A stretch of DNA of 63,197 nucleotides, filler included, from Guillardia theta CCMP2712 (lineage: Eukaryota > Protista > Cryptophyta): assembly GCF_000315625.1 (NCBI RefSeq). It is 4 parts of 4 records of this genome, joined end to end, with 100 filler letters (N's around TTAATTAATTAA, not from the genome) between each part and the next. Parts side by side here need not be neighbours in the genome. Positions count along the whole stretch, not along the records: positions 60,086 to 63,197 come from NW_005434091.1; 3 more parts are not named here. One strand, written 5' to 3'. The translations under genes and the position numbers were made by a program. The notes under the pieces were generated by a model that saw nothing but the letters and a program-made list of their open reading frames with translations, was not told the origin of the DNA and ran no database searches. Each line of letters begins with the position of its first letter. The first letter of the stretch is position 1. Below, piece after piece: positions 61,219-63,197 of this stretch.

Positions 61219-61739
61219 TCCTGTAGATCGCTGTTCTTGGCTTTCACGTCATCGATCCAGGCGGAGGTCCTGGATGGAGAACAACAAAGTGAGGGAGAGA
61301 AAATGAAGGGGATAACTTGACTTGCGCGGGAGGGAAGGAGGTGCTAGGGGCTGTGGTGACAGTGTTCGTGTTGATGTTGTTGTGGTTGTAGTGAGGACGA
61401 GGAGGATGGGCACGAGGTGGGGGTGGGGGGGGGGGTCGATGTTGAGGGTGATGGGATTCTGCGGTGAAGCAGGCTCATATACGCTGGAGTGAGGAGGAGC
61501 GAGGAAGACTGGTAAGGCAGCAGTAGGAAAGGTGTTGGTGGTGAGGGAAGTGTGCTGAGAGAGGCATGGGGGGTCCCAACGATTCAACAGGATTGAGGAG
61601 AGGGGAGGGAGGGAAAGAAGGAGAGAGGATGGGGTGGGAAGCGCTAGGATAAGACTTGGCAGGAAAGAAGGCTAGTTGTTTTTGTGACCACGCTGCTCAG
61701 ACGTCTATGTGCTGATCGCCGAGAGGTTGAAGCTAAAGG

Positions 61740-63197
61740 ATGGAAGACGAGGCGAAGAAGAAACTGGACGAAGGGAAGAAGAAGCTGGAAGCCTTCCGGA
61801 AGAAGAAGGAGGCAGCAGAGCTTGCTAAGAAAGCTGCAGCCAAAGCCCAGGGAGATACCGGCGATGCTGCTACAGACAAGGGTGGCAGCGATGATGCTAA
61901 GGTTCGTTCACGCAGCAGGAGAGAGATCAGTGGGAGAGTGCGCTGAAGGCTCGCACAGAAGAAGTCGCCTCCCTCGAAGCCTCGCTCAATGCAGCCATGG
62001 AAGCGCAGGCTGCGGCCATGCAGAAACTGGGCGATGAGACAGAAAAAGCGCAGGCCGCCAAGAAGAAGGAGCAGGAGGCGATGCAGCAGGTCGAGCGGAT
62101 GCAGCAACAGATCCTGTCGCTCATGAGCGCCATGGAGGAGCAGGGAGGTGGACACAACGCAGAGAACGAGGAGGAGAGGCGAAGGGTGGAAGAGGAGAAC
62201 GCGAGCTTGAAAGAGTCGCTGGTCCTGGCTGAGGGGCAACTGCAGAGCATGAAAGGGCTGCTGATGGAAGCAGACAAGGGAAGGAAGGAGATGGAGAGCA
62301 GGCTGGCAGAGTTGTCTGCTGCTGCTGCAGTAGGAGGAGGAGGGAGCGAGGTCGAAGCGCTGAAAGAGTCCTTGTTCCTGGCAGAGGAGCAGCTGAAGGC
62401 GATGAAGGCGCTGATGATGGAGAGCGACGCCGGGAAGAGAGAGTTGGAGGAAAAGCTCAAGGAAGCGATGGAGCTCAACCAGCAGCTGCAGCAGTCTCAG
62501 TCTGCCTCGTCCGATCGGCAGCTGGAGGAGAGCAGGAAGATGAGCCAAGAGTTGAGCCAGATGAAGGGAGAAGTGGAGCTGCTGAGCAGCAAGTGCGAGG
62601 CCATAAAGGAGGAGAAGAAATCGCTGCAAGAAATGCTCCTCAAGTCGCAGGCAGAGGCTGCAAGGATGGAGCAAGCCGTGTCTGCCATGTCGGCGAATTC
62701 TTCGCAGCAGCAGGATGTGGAGAAGGAGATCGGGATGCTCGAGTCGAAGCTCAAGGAGACGGAGGTGAAGCTGGAGCAGGCGACATCGCGGCTGAGCGAG
62801 AGGGACGAAGAGTTTAAGGATGCGGAGCAAGACCTGGAGAGCTTGCGGGAGCAGCTGTCGGCAGCCAACCAGGAACGACGTGAGCTGCAGACGAAGTTGA
62901 TCGAGCGAGAGGCGAAGTTGCAGGTGTTAGAGAGGAGCCGGGTTGAAGACGCCGAGCATGCCGACGAAGCAAGCAGAGCAGCTATGAAGCACATGGAAGA
63001 AGAGCTGGTGAAGACAAGGACCTTGCTCGGGGAGGAGGAGAGGGCGAGGGGGGAAGCGAACGAGTTGATCGAAGGCTACAAGTCTGCGATGAAGGAGAAG
63101 GAGGAGGAGCTGGAGGAGCTGAAGAGTTTGTGCTCGTCTCTGAGGTCGGAGTCTGACCAGAAGGAGAAGTTGATGTCGAAATTCTCGGAGCTGGATG
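61740..63197 (+). CDS. Long coiled-coil protein with golgin/GM130/BLISTER-type basic N-terminal motif; truncated by the window end
   Basis: MEDEAKKKLDEGKKKLEAFRKKK followed by an intron and an open E/K/Q/L-rich heptad exon to the end. Confidence 0.75.

Noticed and set aside
61733-62830. 365-aa Leu-rich minus-strand ORF
   Set aside because: Antisense shadow of the plus-strand coiled-coil gene.

Overview
Eukaryotic nuclear DNA with many short GT-AG introns. It is most consistent with a cryptophyte alga such as Guillardia; this is inferred from the gene content, a bipartite plastid-targeting presequence, the RWP-RK genes and the intron style. The first 13 kb is a near-identical 332-bp tandem repeat array interrupted by three different young mobile elements: a CATTC...GAATG TIR element with a 3-bp TSD, a complete Mutator (MULE) element whose transposase carries a Ulp1 SUMO-protease domain (10-bp TSD), and a non-coding LTR retroelement with a half-tRNA-iMet primer site. 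The remainder is gene-dense: an SGNH/NXPE-like gene, an inverted pair of RWP-RK genes plus a third copy, Rab8, a signal-peptide/IRE1-luminal-domain gene that appears to run into a TPR-GT41 glycosyltransferase, a CDCA3-like microprotein, RanBP1, PDZ, ACBP, ankyrin, RIIa/EF-hand (RSP7-like), plastid HutX/ChuX-like, Bromo-PHD-AP2, WW and coiled-coil genes. Intergenic CCGG-rich islands contain LTR relics riddled with short insertions that look like transposon excision footprints. Best candidates for new biology are the IRE1-lumenal/GT41 fusion, the footprint-built GC islands, the RWP-RK palindrome and the TE-targeted satellite. Gene models were spliced by eye, so their boundaries are approximate.
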